Part shown: one piece after another, positions 18,905 through 28,499 of the stretch
Numbering within the stretch: the first letter of the stretch is position 1
How the letters are laid out: every line of letters starts with the position of its first letter
Notes under the pieces: generated by a model
Seen by the model: only the letters and a program-made list of their open reading frames with translations
What the model was told of the DNA's origin: nothing
The model's database searches: none
Program-made: the position numbers and the translations under genes
Assembly (NCBI GenBank): GCA_026713545.1
Contig: JAPOOG010000041.1
Coordinates: 2,931 to 66,930, forward strand
DNA length: 64,000 bases
Direction: 5' to 3'
DNA from: Bryobacterales bacterium
Lineage (GTDB): Bacteria > Acidobacteriota > Terriglobia > Bryobacterales > UBA6623

Positions 18905-20029
18905 TCATTCGACTACGATCGTTACTTCGTTCGATGCAATACCGTCGGTGGTGATCATCACAGCAACCTCACCCGCGTCCGCCAAGCTGCTCGATAGTGG
19001 CCCGATGTTGACCTGATCCACGCCTAAGAACCCCGAAACAGAAGCGAAGTCGAGAACTGGAACACTCTCACCCCTAACTGATGCCTCAACCAGCTCGGCG
19101 TGACGAAAGCCGGTTCCGTACAGTCTCAGATATGTTTCGCCGAGGTCAAGGTCGATCGGAACGCCAACCCGGACTCCGGCTTGGCGGTCGAAACGAAAGA
19201 CATCCATCTGTTGGCGTAAATCGTCGCTGACTTCTCGAATGGCCACGATCAAGCCCACGCCCTCGCCAGTTCCGTTGGCCGAGAATAGCCCCGGCGAGAC
19301 CGCATTGACGATCAATCGCGACGACCCCACGATTTCCCCGTCGTGCAGAACAAGAGCCGCGGCGCGTCCGGGCATGACTTCGTCGGGAATGAAGAAGTTG
19401 ATTTGTGCCGGATTCGTATGAAACAAGCGGGTCGCGTGTACGACCCCAGCGTTGTCGATAATCTCAACCCTGACAGCCAATCCAAAAGGAAGGGTCTGCC
19501 CTGTCTCGACTTCCGTTGTCGGAGTCAAATCAACACCAAACAGGCTGGCGATCGAACCGGGGGCAGGTCCGGTGGCAAAGCTGGCCGTGTTCGCGATACC
19601 GTCGGGGCCGGCCTTGAGATCAATGGCTTCGAATGGCCATGAGATGTTGTCGGGAAGATCGGACATGCGGCGATACACCCCCATGTCTCCCAAGCCGTTA
19701 TCGAAAATGCTCATCAGATCGCCTTCTTTTGAAAAGCCTCTGACTTCGAGGAACCGCCAAACCTCGGTGGGATGGTATTTCCATATCCAAAAGACAGGAA
19801 GCTGTTCGTCCTCCACTCTTTGCTCGTCTGGCTTTGCCCAGCCATCCACGGTCTTCTGCCACCGATCTCCGTTTGGCCGTGTGACCGGCTCGGTAGGCGG
19901 CACTCCCTCCGGTCTGAAAAATGTGAATGCGGCAACCCCGGGAGTGGCAGGCGGCCCTGGGGGAGGCGAATCCTGTGGCCAAGCGGTCGCAGCCACCCAT
20001 AACAGCAATCCGATGATTTTGCCTCTCAT
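18905..20029 (-). CDS. Secreted protein with a TIGR03437-type (Solibacter C-terminal) domain
   Basis: Signal peptide. The C-terminal half reads GSIASLFG...QINFFIP...SPGLFSANGTG...LYGTG...GVDQVN...SNEVTI, characteristic of this Acidobacteria domain. Confidence 0.75.
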   Translation of the reverse strand: MRGKIIGLLLWVAATAWPQDSPPPGPPATPGVAAFTFFRPEGVPPTEPVTRPNGDRWQKTVDGWAKPDEQRVEDEQLPVFWIWKYHPTEVWRFLEVRGFSKEGDLMSIFDNGLGDMGVYRRMSDLPDNISWPFEAIDLKAGPDGIANTASFATGPAPGSIASLFGVDLTPTTEVETGQTLPFGLAVRVEIIDNAGVVHATRLFHTNPAQINFFIPDEVMPGRAAALVLHDGEIVGSSRLIVNAVSPGLFSANGTGEGVGLIVAIREVSDDLRQQMDVFRFDRQAGVRVGVPIDLDLGETYLRLYGTGFRHAELVEASVRGESVPVLDFASVSGFLGVDQVNIGPLSSSLADAGEVAVMITTDGIASNEVTIVVE

Positions 20030-20457
20030 CGGGTTTCTCCTGAAACTATGGTAAGTCCGCGCACAGGGAACTCGTTAGGAGTTGTTGACCTTTGCTGCAC
20101 CGGGGTTACCCAGACGATTAAGAGAATGTCAAGTAGATTGAGCGACGCTAGGTCTCTGCGTGAAGAGCAAGCGATACGTCGACGAGCAGGTCATCGGGTT
20201 TCTCACAAGCACATCAAGTTGGCCATCGAAAGTGGTTGGGCGACTACCTTGAGTACAGCTATGAGATCAGCGAGCGGCTGGACTGCCGTGCCATACCGTG
20301 AGCAATATAGGCTGCGCTATCGCCCGCTTGATCTCTGCCCATTTTCGGCCTGACATCTGCAGAGAGGCGGGGATGTTCCAGCACGGCTCGTTACGTGACA
20401 GGCGGCGTACTGAAGAAGTTGTAATCTCCGTCACGGAGACGGACATGGAATGAAGCG

Positions 20458-21699
20458 TCAGTAGGTTGTTTTTGTGGTTCGGCTAGTTCTCTTCCCTACC
20501 CTGACCTCTGCCACGGTGGTTGCCAGATCGTCCAAATACTCGGTCACGAAACTCAGATGGTTTGGCGTCAACAGGAGGTGGATTCCCGGCGGTTCGGTAC
20601 AGCGATTAGTGACCCACCCCAGGTCATCCAACCCGTCCGCTACTGCGAACATGTCAAGCTGATGAGACCAGAACGTGATAATCCCCAGCTCGGGTTCACC
20701 GCAAATCTCCAGCCCATTGATGGAATTGATTCCCTCGATGAGCAGATCCTGGGCGCGAAGGGTGTCGCGAGCCAGACGAAGATAGCCTTCTTCCCCAAGA
20801 AAATTCAATACCGCCCAGGCGCAGGCCACCGGTCCACCAGAACGGGTTCCTGTAAACGTCCTTGTCAGATAGCGCCCCCTGGGCCAGTCGTCGAAGTCGT
20901 GAGCGGAGTACTGGAACCGACTCTCGTCGCGGAACAGCACCATCGAGGCGCCTTTACCGGTATATCCATGCTTGTGGAGGTCCGCCGATAGGGAGCATAC
21001 GCCCGGAACCGTAAGATCGAAGTCCGGTAGAGGCTTGTCCAGCTTCTTGACGAACGGGGCGAGGAATCCTCCGACGCAAGCGTCCACATGAAGCCAAAGG
21101 TTCCGGGTTTGCGCCAGCCTTCCCAATTCAACGATGGGATCGATCTTGCCGTGAGGATAGCCGGGCGCCGACCCGACCAGCATGATCGTCTCGGGCGTAA
21201 GGGCACGTTCCATCGCTACTACGTCGGCTCGATAATCCGGACCCAGAGGAACCCGTTTCACCGTCAGTCCCAAGAAATGAGCCGCCTTGTTAAAGGTGGG
21301 ATGCGCGCTGCGAGCAGCCACGATCTCCGGAGTGCCCCTATTTGCACCTTTGTCGCGGGCCCATTCACGGGCTGCTTTGATTGCCAGAAAGTTGCTTTCC
21401 GTCCCGCCGGAGGTCATGACACCTCTGGCAGCCTCACCTCCTCCCAGCAGTTGAGCGGCTATGTCAATGACCTCAGTTTCAAGACGAGCCAGACCGGGAA
21501 AGGCCTCGGGCACCACCATGTTCTCGGAGAAGAACATGGCGTAAGCATCCATCGCAACACGCAGGACATCGTCGTCGGCATAGTAGACCATGCCCCAGAG
21601 TCGGCCCTTTTTCCAATCAGCGTTGTTTTTCCTCGCTTCATTCAGCGCACCCTGAATCTCTGCCGAACTGAGCCCACCTGTTGGCATTTTCTTCCGCAC
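20458..21699 (-). CDS. Group II PLP-dependent enzyme, sphingosine-1-phosphate lyase-like
   Basis: MTSGGTESNFLA, AHPTFNKAA, GSAPGYPHG, LHVDACVGG, SADLHK (PLP lysine) and GTRSGG. Confidence 0.8.
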   Translation of the reverse strand: MRKKMPTGGLSSAEIQGALNEARKNNADWKKGRLWGMVYYADDDVLRVAMDAYAMFFSENMVVPEAFPGLARLETEVIDIAAQLLGGGEAARGVMTSGGTESNFLAIKAAREWARDKGANRGTPEIVAARSAHPTFNKAAHFLGLTVKRVPLGPDYRADVVAMERALTPETIMLVGSAPGYPHGKIDPIVELGRLAQTRNLWLHVDACVGGFLAPFVKKLDKPLPDFDLTVPGVCSLSADLHKHGYTGKGASMVLFRDESRFQYSAHDFDDWPRGRYLTRTFTGTRSGGPVACAWAVLNFLGEEGYLRLARDTLRAQDLLIEGINSINGLEICGEPELGIITFWSHQLDMFAVADGLDDLGWVTNRCTEPPGIHLLLTPNHLSFVTEYLDDLATTVAEVRVGKRTSRTTKTTY

Positions 21700-21905
21700 T
21701 GCTAACCCCTCTCGGGTTCTTGGTATATGAGCCGGAAGGCCGCATCATTATACTCTTCCATTCCCAAATCGACAGGGTCTGGAGAGGGCTGCTCTATGAA
21801 CGCCTGTTCGTGCGTGCGGCTGGGCAATGGGACCCTCAGACCCACATCTGACCGCACCGTCATTGTGCGCGCAACGAGAGAAAGTGCCCCGTGAGAAGAT
21901 CCGCC

Positions 21906-22340
21906 CTACCGCAACGGATCAACGACTTCGAGAAACGGAAAACGATGGAAGTCGGTGTCACGGGTGCAGATACGGGTGATACCGTGCTCACGCATCAACA
22001 CCGCCGTGTGAAGGTCATGGATCAGGTTTCCGCGTATATCCGGCAACTCCGTTAGGGTCCGCGCCAGCACTGCCGCATGACGTTGTGTCGGCGCCAGCAG
22101 ATCGAACCCAGGCGAGTCCAGCAGCGCTTCGAGAAAATCCCAGGCTCCCCCAGGCGTCCAAGGGGACAGAGACGCTCGAGCGTGCGTCGTTACCCGCAGG
22201 AACTCGTAACAAACGTTCCAGGTGAGAAAGGCCGGTGACGGATCGTCGCGAGCCTGTAAGACGCTGTTGCGGCAGGGCCCATGAAATGGGGAGTCCTGGT
22301 CAACCGCGTAGACGAGCACGTTCGTATCGAAGACCAGCAC
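21906..22340 (-). CDS. vapC: PIN-domain toxin (VapC family)
   Basis: FDTNVLVYA, CYEFLRVTTH, DLHTAVL and TRDTDF acidic PIN residues. Translationally coupled to the antitoxin. Confidence 0.88.
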   Translation of the reverse strand: MLVFDTNVLVYAVDQDSPFHGPCRNSVLQARDDPSPAFLTWNVCYEFLRVTTHARASLSPWTPGGAWDFLEALLDSPGFDLLAPTQRHAAVLARTLTELPDIRGNLIHDLHTAVLMREHGITRICTRDTDFHRFPFLEVVDPLR

Positions 22341-22580
22341 TCACTCCTCTTCCATCACCCGGTAGAGCTCTTCACGGTTGGCGATGTCGACCTGTAAGCC
22401 TCCGCTTCTCCAAGTCGGCAGCTGCGGCAGGTTATCGGGCTGTGCCTGGGAGAGCGTAGGCCTTGCGAGAATGCGCCTGATTCCCGCCTCTACCAGGGCC
22501 GACATCGTCGTTCCGCGTCGAGCGGCCTCTTCGCGCAACCGTTGCATCACCGTGTCGTCGATATTGAGGGTTGTTTTCAT
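22341..22580 (-). CDS. vapB: Ribbon-helix-helix antitoxin (VapB family)
   Basis: MKTTLNIDDTVMQRLREEAARRGTTMSALVEAGIR. Its stop codon abuts the vapC GTG. Confidence 0.85.
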   Translation of the reverse strand: MKTTLNIDDTVMQRLREEAARRGTTMSALVEAGIRRILARPTLSQAQPDNLPQLPTWRSGGLQVDIANREELYRVMEEE

Positions 22581-22617
22581 ATGGAAAACCATACAATCCA
22601 TATGTCTATATTGTCAA
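22578..22617 (-). promoter_or_regulatory. Sigma70 promoter and inverted-repeat operator of vapBC
   Basis: Minus-strand TTGACA-N18-TATGGT. The inverted repeat CATATGG (22578-22584) / CCATATG (22598-22604) overlaps the -10 box and the start codon. Confidence 0.6.
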
Positions 22618-22783
22618 CTTCCGGAGCGCCGTAGGAGCCGCCCTGCGGCGGGTGCCGGTACTCGATCACGGTGTGGGATCGAACCTGCTCCAATCCTCTC
22701 AAGACCTATCGTCACATGCCCAGGAACTTTCCCAGGAAGAACTGCGTCGACAAGTCCAGCCGTCGGCAAGGAACGGCGGCCTC

Positions 22784-22825
22784 TTGACACTATATATATT
22801 TTTCTATAGAATTGTTGATATAGTG
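22784..22825 (+). promoter_or_regulatory. Sigma70 promoter and candidate PadR operator
   Basis: TTGACA (22784-22789)-N17-TAGAAT (22807-22812), the inverted repeat CACTATAT/ATATAGTG and a central palindrome TTCTATAGAA. Confidence 0.7.
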
Positions 22826-22827
22826 AA

Positions 22828-23427
22828 ATGAGTCTGGAAAACATTCTCCTGGGCATGCTGGTTGAGCCGGCGAGCGGTTACGATCTCAAGACCGAGTTCA
22901 GTGAAGGGGCCCGCCATTTCTGGTCGGCGGAGCTGAGCCAGATCTACCCCACGCTGAAGAGGATGGAGCAGAGGGGCTGGTTGTGCAGCGAGGTCGCATC
23001 TTCCGCAAAGGGTCCGCCGCGTCGTGTCTACCGCCGCACAGCGGATGGCCGCAAGCAGTTGCTCGAGTGGCTGCGGTCGGGGCCGCGGATGGGAACCGAA
23101 CGGTTTGCCTATCTGGCGCAGCTTTGTTTCATGCATGAACTGGGAGACTTGGAGCGGACCCTGGACTTCATGATCGAGTTGCGCTCCAGGCTTGCCGACT
23201 TCTTGTTGTTGCTGAAGCATGCCGAAGCCGAGCTGACACCGGCGGGCGAAGAGTTTCCCGAGTCGCTGAGCGAGGCGGATTTTCACGGTTATCTGGGCAT
23301 TCGCATGGGCATTCACTCACTCACCGCCAAGGTGGCTTGGTGCGATGAGGCGCTTGAGCGCATTCGTGAGCGGCAGAGCCACAAGTCGTCAGATCAGCAG
23401 CAAGGAAGGCATGATCGAGGGAGGTAG
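22828..23427 (+). CDS. PadR family transcriptional regulator
   Basis: ILLGML..PASGYDLK, WSAELSQIYPTLKRME..GW, RRVY..TADGR..L.EWL, plus a C-terminal PadR/virulence-activator-like helix region. Confidence 0.9.
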   Translation: MSLENILLGMLVEPASGYDLKTEFSEGARHFWSAELSQIYPTLKRMEQRGWLCSEVASSAKGPPRRVYRRTADGRKQLLEWLRSGPRMGTERFAYLAQLCFMHELGDLERTLDFMIELRSRLADFLLLLKHAEAELTPAGEEFPESLSEADFHGYLGIRMGIHSLTAKVAWCDEALERIRERQSHKSSDQQQGRHDRGR

Positions 23428-23430
23428 GCA

Positions 23431-24222
23431 ATGGCGGAAACCATTCACAGCGTGCTACGGATGTTGCACATCTCTTTGGGTTTTCTCGGTCTTGCGGCTT
23501 TCTGGGTGCCTGTTTTCGCGAAAAAAGGAGGCAAGACGCATGTGCGCGCCGGGAAGGTCTTCACCGCCTCCGCATACGTTGTGGCTTTGACGGCTCTGGG
23601 GTCATGCTGTTGGGCTTTAGCGCATCCCTCCAGTTTTACCGGGCGAGCGGTCACTTGGTCCGAAATACCGGCCGACTAGGTGATGTTTGTTGCCATCCTG
23701 GGGTTGCTGGCGATCTTCTTGTTGCAGAGCGTCGAAACCGGCCTACGTGTGCTTCGGACCCGCCGGCAACCGGAACGGTACGCCGCCCCGCGCTTGCGAT
23801 CCGTTAACGGGTTGCAAGCGCTGGCCAGTGCAGCCGTGCTCCTCTTTGGGGCCTATCACCTGATCAGAGGCCGCGGGGCCATGTTCTGGATCCCCGTCGG
23901 GCTGGGCTTGCTAGGCCTGCAGGTCTTCCGAGAGAACCGCCGGTTCCTCGCTGATCCCCGGCCCACGCCGATGGCTTGGTGGTACAAGCACATGGAGTGC
24001 ATGCTGGGCGCGGGCATCGCCTTTCACACGGCGTTTCTGGTGTTCGGCGCCCGGAGTCTCTTCGGGAGATCTCTCATCGAGGGGTCGTGGTCCTTTCTGC
24101 CTTGGGTTCTGCCGACTGCGGTGGGACTGTCGGCCGGCCACTTCTGGACCCGCTTTTACAAGAAGAAGTTCGGGGAGTTGCCCGCAAGAGGCGCAGAGGC
24201 GGCGGCGGAGCTGCAGAGCTGA
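23431..24222 (+). pseudogene. Multi-pass membrane protein (DUF2306-like) interrupted by an in-frame TAG at 23677-23679
   Basis: The two track ORFs (23431-23679 and 23680-24222) share one frame, separated only by TAG. The TM pattern is continuous, with motifs LHIxxG, KKGGxxHVxAGKVF and WWYKHMECMLGAGIAFHTAF. Confidence 0.7.
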
Positions 24223-24247
24223 TTTCGGGGGTTGCCCGCTGGAGCGC

Positions 24248-24796
24248 TTATGCGCCGTGCTCGGGGTGAGTGCAGCCTGCGAACTCGGCCTGGGGACGGT
24301 TGCCTTGATACTTCAACTCCTGGTGAATCCCGATTTCCGATGTGTAGTAGCCGTCGATGGTTCTCGACTTGAGAATCCTGAAGAACTTCTCGAGTTCGGT
24401 CGACGGATGATCTTCGTTCCTGGAGATGGTCTGCATGATCTGGTCCTGCCAGGCTGCGTCACACTCCAGGAACGGCTTCCGGAAACGTTCCCGTGATTCG
24501 TTCTCTAAGGCCCGCAAACCACGGGTCCACTGGTCCTGAACGTCAGGCTTGCTGTGGGACACCATGAGGTCGATAAACAGGCTCACCTTCGCCGCATGGG
24601 CGCCCGGCGAGTGGTCATCGGCCGGAATGATCAGTTCGGTGAGGCGGTCCAGCAGTGCGTTCTGCTCGTCGTTGAAGAAGCGGAGTTTGTATCCGGCGGG
24701 GGCTTGAGCCAGGGCGACCAACTGCCGGCCGGCAACCTGGACCCGCTCGGCCGCGACGCCGGCGGCCACCAGTTTCAGCACCGTGCGTCGTTTCAT
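24248..24796 (-). CDS. Gluconate 2-dehydrogenase subunit 3 family protein (Tat signal)
   Basis: MKRRTVLK Tat motif, LDRLTELIIPADD.SPGA, FIDLMV, FF..LK..TIDGYYTSEIG and LKYQGN. Confidence 0.88.
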   Translation of the reverse strand: MKRRTVLKLVAAGVAAERVQVAGRQLVALAQAPAGYKLRFFNDEQNALLDRLTELIIPADDHSPGAHAAKVSLFIDLMVSHSKPDVQDQWTRGLRALENESRERFRKPFLECDAAWQDQIMQTISRNEDHPSTELEKFFRILKSRTIDGYYTSEIGIHQELKYQGNRPQAEFAGCTHPEHGA

Positions 24797-24839
24797 GCCG
24801 TGTTCTCCTTGCCCGCCACAAGCTTGGGATGCTATGTTT

Positions 24840-26525
24840 CTACAACCCGCCCGTTTTCATCTGGTTCACGATATAGTCGGACGCCCGCGCTGCCAGCGCC
24901 CCGATCGTAAGCGTTGGCCCATAGCCTCCTGAAGTCACAAAACAAGCACCGTCGACCACGAAGAGATTCTTCAGTTCGTGAGTCTGATTGAACTGGTTCA
25001 GCACACTTTTTTTCGGGTCCGCACCCATTCGGGTCGTCCCCATGCCGTGGATGGTAAAGCCGAGGGGCATCAATCGGTCCCGGACATTGACGCTTTCCGC
25101 CCCGAGCGCCTCCATCAGGGCCTTCAAGTTCTGGATAGCGTCTTTGGCCATCTCGCGTTCGTTGTCGCTCATACGGCAGTTGAACTTGAGCACCGGAATG
25201 CCCCAGCTATCGGTAACGTTGTTGTCGATCTCCACGTAGTTCTCGAAACGGGCGAGCATCTCGCCGCGGGTGCCGAAGGCGACGGGGCTGGTGTAGTAGC
25301 TCCGCACCGTCCGCTTGAACTTCTGGCCGTAGCCGCTCATGGACTTCGCGAAGCTCGGGAACGCACGCGCGCCCGAGCCTCCTTCATGGACATACGAGCG
25401 GATGAACTTCGGGTGGCGCGAATCGATGTTGCGGTAGGGCACGATATCGACTCCACTGGCCTTGCCGTCTTCGTTCACCACCTCGCGGTCCCGTAACTGC
25501 GGCAAATGGCCGCTGACGTTCGGCCCGCCTATGTTGTCCATCAGATAGTGGCCCAGCACGCCGCTCGAGTTGGCGATGCCGTCAGGCCAGTGGCGCGAAA
25601 CCGAATTCAACATGATTCGGGTCGACTCCAAGGCCGACGCGCCCAGAACGATCACCCTCCCCTTCGCCAGGTAGTCTTTCTTGCTCTGGCGGTCGATGAA
25701 GCTCACACCGCAGGGCTTGCCGTTGTTGTCCACGACGATCTCGCGCACGACGGCGTCCGGCCGCAGTGTCAGCCGGCTGGTTGCCGCCGCCGCCGGGATC
25801 GTGTCGGAAATCGAGTTCCAGAACGCCCCGATGTCGCAACCCCGGCCGCAGTGACCGCAATGGTGGCAGGCCGCCAAACCGTTGATGCTTCGTGACCGCA
25901 TAGCCGCGCGTTTGGGGATCACGCGCATGCCAAGACCCAGCGTAGGCGCTACTTTTTGGACGATGCGCTCTCCGCAGTTGAGAGGAAACGGCGGCAGATA
26001 CTTCCCATCGGGCAGGTGCGGGATGTTTTCTATCGACGCACTCACGCCGACGAAGCTTTCCAACTTGTCGTAGTACGGAGCGAGGTCTTTGTAGGTGATG
26101 GGCCAGTTCTCGCCGTAGCCGTCACGGTCGGCCGCCTTGAAGTCGTAGTCGCTCAGCCGGCGCGCATTGCGGCTCCAATGCAGGATCTTTCCGCCCACGC
26201 ATCGCGACCGCACCCAGATCCAGGACGTTCCCGGCGCGGTCGTATAGGGGTGCTCGCGTTCATCGATATACAGGGGCCGGGTGTATTCACTCGAAGTCCA
26301 CTGATGCGGATAGATCTTGTCCTTGTCGCCTGGCTTGTCAAACCCGCGAAAGGGCATCTCGTAGGGCCAGCGATGAGAGAGGAAGGTGGACGGTTCGAGC
26401 TTGGGTCCCGCTTCGAGAACCAGCACGTCGAGACCGCCTTCGGTCAACTCTTTGGCAGCCACCCCGCCGGCCGCACCGCTGCCGACGACGATGGCGTCGT
26501 AGGTTTTCTTGAGGTCGAGTGTCAT
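24840..26525 (-). CDS. GMC family flavoprotein oxidoreductase
   Basis: DAIVVGSGAAGG (FAD), R.RCVGGK, CHHCGHCGRGC Cys cluster, HGMGTTRMG, NLFVVDG.CF and PTLTI.ALA.R. Confidence 0.9.
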   Translation of the reverse strand: MTLDLKKTYDAIVVGSGAAGGVAAKELTEGGLDVLVLEAGPKLEPSTFLSHRWPYEMPFRGFDKPGDKDKIYPHQWTSSEYTRPLYIDEREHPYTTAPGTSWIWVRSRCVGGKILHWSRNARRLSDYDFKAADRDGYGENWPITYKDLAPYYDKLESFVGVSASIENIPHLPDGKYLPPFPLNCGERIVQKVAPTLGLGMRVIPKRAAMRSRSINGLAACHHCGHCGRGCDIGAFWNSISDTIPAAAATSRLTLRPDAVVREIVVDNNGKPCGVSFIDRQSKKDYLAKGRVIVLGASALESTRIMLNSVSRHWPDGIANSSGVLGHYLMDNIGGPNVSGHLPQLRDREVVNEDGKASGVDIVPYRNIDSRHPKFIRSYVHEGGSGARAFPSFAKSMSGYGQKFKRTVRSYYTSPVAFGTRGEMLARFENYVEIDNNVTDSWGIPVLKFNCRMSDNEREMAKDAIQNLKALMEALGAESVNVRDRLMPLGFTIHGMGTTRMGADPKKSVLNQFNQTHELKNLFVVDGACFVTSGGYGPTLTIGALAARASDYIVNQMKTGGL

Positions 26526-26993
26526 GATGGGTCACGACCCTGGTCCTGGGCACCCGCTGGCAGGACTGAATCTGACTCACACATCGAGACGGTTTCAGTT
26601 GCCGCCGCTTCGCAGGCGACACTCACTCACTTCCTCGATTCTTGCAATGCTTGCTTGACTTTCCTCGAACTACAGAAGTGTACACTGGCTGGTGGAAACG
26701 AACAGGGTCTTTATTGAAACCCCCTCGTGGCTCGTCTGCGCTCCATACGATCCTCTTGTCACGCAGCTCTTATCCAGCTACTCCATCAGTGATGAAGCAT
26801 CCACGTCTCGATGGTTTCCAGATTGATTCGGGATGCAGTGAGTCAGGGATTGCCATTACGAGTCGGCCAGGTTTTTCAGAATCGCCAGAGCGTCATGCTG
26901 AATGTTCCTCCCTGCAACGGTCCTGGTCCGAACAGTCCCGCTGACCCGAGGCGCACGCGTGTAGCACCCTGCCTCCGTTCCCGGTACATTGGG

Positions 26994-27713
26994 ATGATGC
27001 GAATCGACGGCCGGCGGGCTGACCAAGTGCGTGACCTGAAGATCACGCCCGGCTTCATGCCGACGGCCGAGGGCTCAACTCTTATCGAAATCGGTCACAC
27101 CAAGGTGATATGCACCGCGTCGATGGAAGAGGGCGTGCCCGCTTTCCGCCGCGGCAGCGGAAAAGGTTGGGTGACTGCTGAGTACTCCATGTTGCCGCGG
27201 GCGACATCGATACGCACGCAGCGCGAGGTGAACCGTGGGCGGGCTGGCGGTCGCACCCAGGAAATCCAGCGGCTCATCGGCCGTTCGTTGCGCGGAGCCA
27301 CCGACTTCGACGCTCTCGGCGAACGCACCGTCTTCATCGATTGCGACGTGATCCAGGCCGACGGTGGAACGCGCACTGCGTCCATCACCGGAGGCTGGCT
27401 CGCCCTGGCGTTGGCCTTCTGTCAAATGCTCGACTACAACGTCATCAAAAAGAATCCCCTGAACGAATATCTGGCCGCCATCAGTGTCGGCATCGTCGAC
27501 GGGCTCCCCTTGCTTGACCTTTGCTACGAGGAAGACTCGCGGGCGGATGTGGATATGAACGTCGTGATGACATCGGCGGGCGAACACGTCGAAGTGCAGG
27601 CCACGGCGGAGAAAGGCAGCTTCTCTCGGGACCGGTTGGATGAGCTGCTCGACTTGGCGGGCAAAGGAGTTGCGGAACTCGTCGAAGCGCAGCGAGACAT
27701 CGTGACGCTTTGA
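26994..27713 (+). CDS. rph: Ribonuclease PH
   Basis: [55 protein letters not shown] and [17 protein letters not shown]. Start ATG 26994. Confidence 0.95.
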   Translation: MMRIDGRRADQVRDLKITPGFMPTAEGSTLIEIGHTKVICTASMEEGVPAFRRGSGKGWVTAEYSMLPRATSIRTQREVNRGRAGGRTQEIQRLIGRSLRGATDFDALGERTVFIDCDVIQADGGTRTASITGGWLALALAFCQMLDYNVIKKNPLNEYLAAISVGIVDGLPLLDLCYEEDSRADVDMNVVMTSAGEHVEVQATAEKGSFSRDRLDELLDLAGKGVAELVEAQRDIVTL

Positions 27714-28324
27714 TGCCGATCGAGCTGTTCTGCGCCACGAGCAACAAGGGCAAGTTGCTCGAGTTCCGGCAAGCCTCGGGCGCGGACGTGGTGATCCAGG
27801 GGCTCCCGTCGGTTGATTGCGCCGAGGTCGGCCGCAGTTTTGAAGACAATGCCGTCGCCAAGGCGATTTGCTACGCGCAATCATTGAGCGGCAAGCTCGA
27901 CAAGTTCTCCGAGCAGGCTCCGTTGGTCTTCGCAGACGATTCGGGTTTGGAGGTCGATGCGCTGAACGGCGCCCCGGGCATCCTCTCGGCTCGTTTCGCA
28001 GGATCTGACGCCGATCATGCCGCAAACAACCGGCTCCTGATCGAGAAGCTTCACGACGTTCCCCTTCCCCGCCGAACCGCGCGGTTCGTTTGTTGTATCG
28101 CGCTCACGAGGGCCGGGCGTATCATCAAGACCTTCCAAGCCGACGTCAAGGGCATGATTCTCAAGGAGGCCCGTGGCGAGGGCGGGTTCGGCTACGATCC
28201 CCTCTTCTACGTACCGGCCTTGGAAGCCACGTTCGCCGAACTCCTGCCTGACGAAAAATGGATGTACAGTCATCGCGGTCAAGCGTTTCGAAAAATGCTC
28301 GACTGGCTGCGTGAGAGCTTGTGA
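27710..28324 (+). CDS. rdgB: Non-canonical purine NTP pyrophosphatase (RdgB/HAM1)
   Basis: [44 protein letters not shown] and SHRGQAF. Confidence 0.93.
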   Translation: MMPIELFCATSNKGKLLEFRQASGADVVIQGLPSVDCAEVGRSFEDNAVAKAICYAQSLSGKLDKFSEQAPLVFADDSGLEVDALNGAPGILSARFAGSDADHAANNRLLIEKLHDVPLPRRTARFVCCIALTRAGRIIKTFQADVKGMILKEARGEGGFGYDPLFYVPALEATFAELLPDEKWMYSHRGQAFRKMLDWLRESL

Positions 28325-28499
28325 TCGGAAGGTGAGATAGCTTCCGGGTAACTCTTGTCAGGGGACGCGGACACCCTTGGGACCCATGGCATTTTTCTCA
28401 TGTGGGGCGCCGCCGGGCCTGCCGGGCAGTCAGCTAATCGGCGGATGGCGGGGCGGATCGAGTGCTCCCGCTGGGCTATAGTGAGCTTACAGGCTGCTC

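Noticed and set aside
20048-20353. Protein-coding gene in the lower-GC gap between the TIGR03437 and SPL-like genes
   Set aside because: The short ORF has no recognisable motif, RBS or consistent codon pattern.
22631-22651. REP/RAYT system (GTAGGAGCCGCCCTGCGGCGG; also TGTCATCCTGAGC at 39391-39403)
   Set aside because: Only isolated single REP-like motifs, no BIME clusters and no RAYT transposase in the window.
23677-23679. Pyrrolysine or genome-wide TAG reassignment
   Set aside because: TAG terminates many genes here at their expected C-termini (for example FG-GAP, DinB, PQQ dehydrogenase, ctaB), and no pyl genes are present.
28325-28499. FMN riboswitch upstream of ribB
   Set aside because: The conserved RFN motifs (AGGGC.GGGTGAAATTCCC.ACCG, AGTCCGGATG) are not present.
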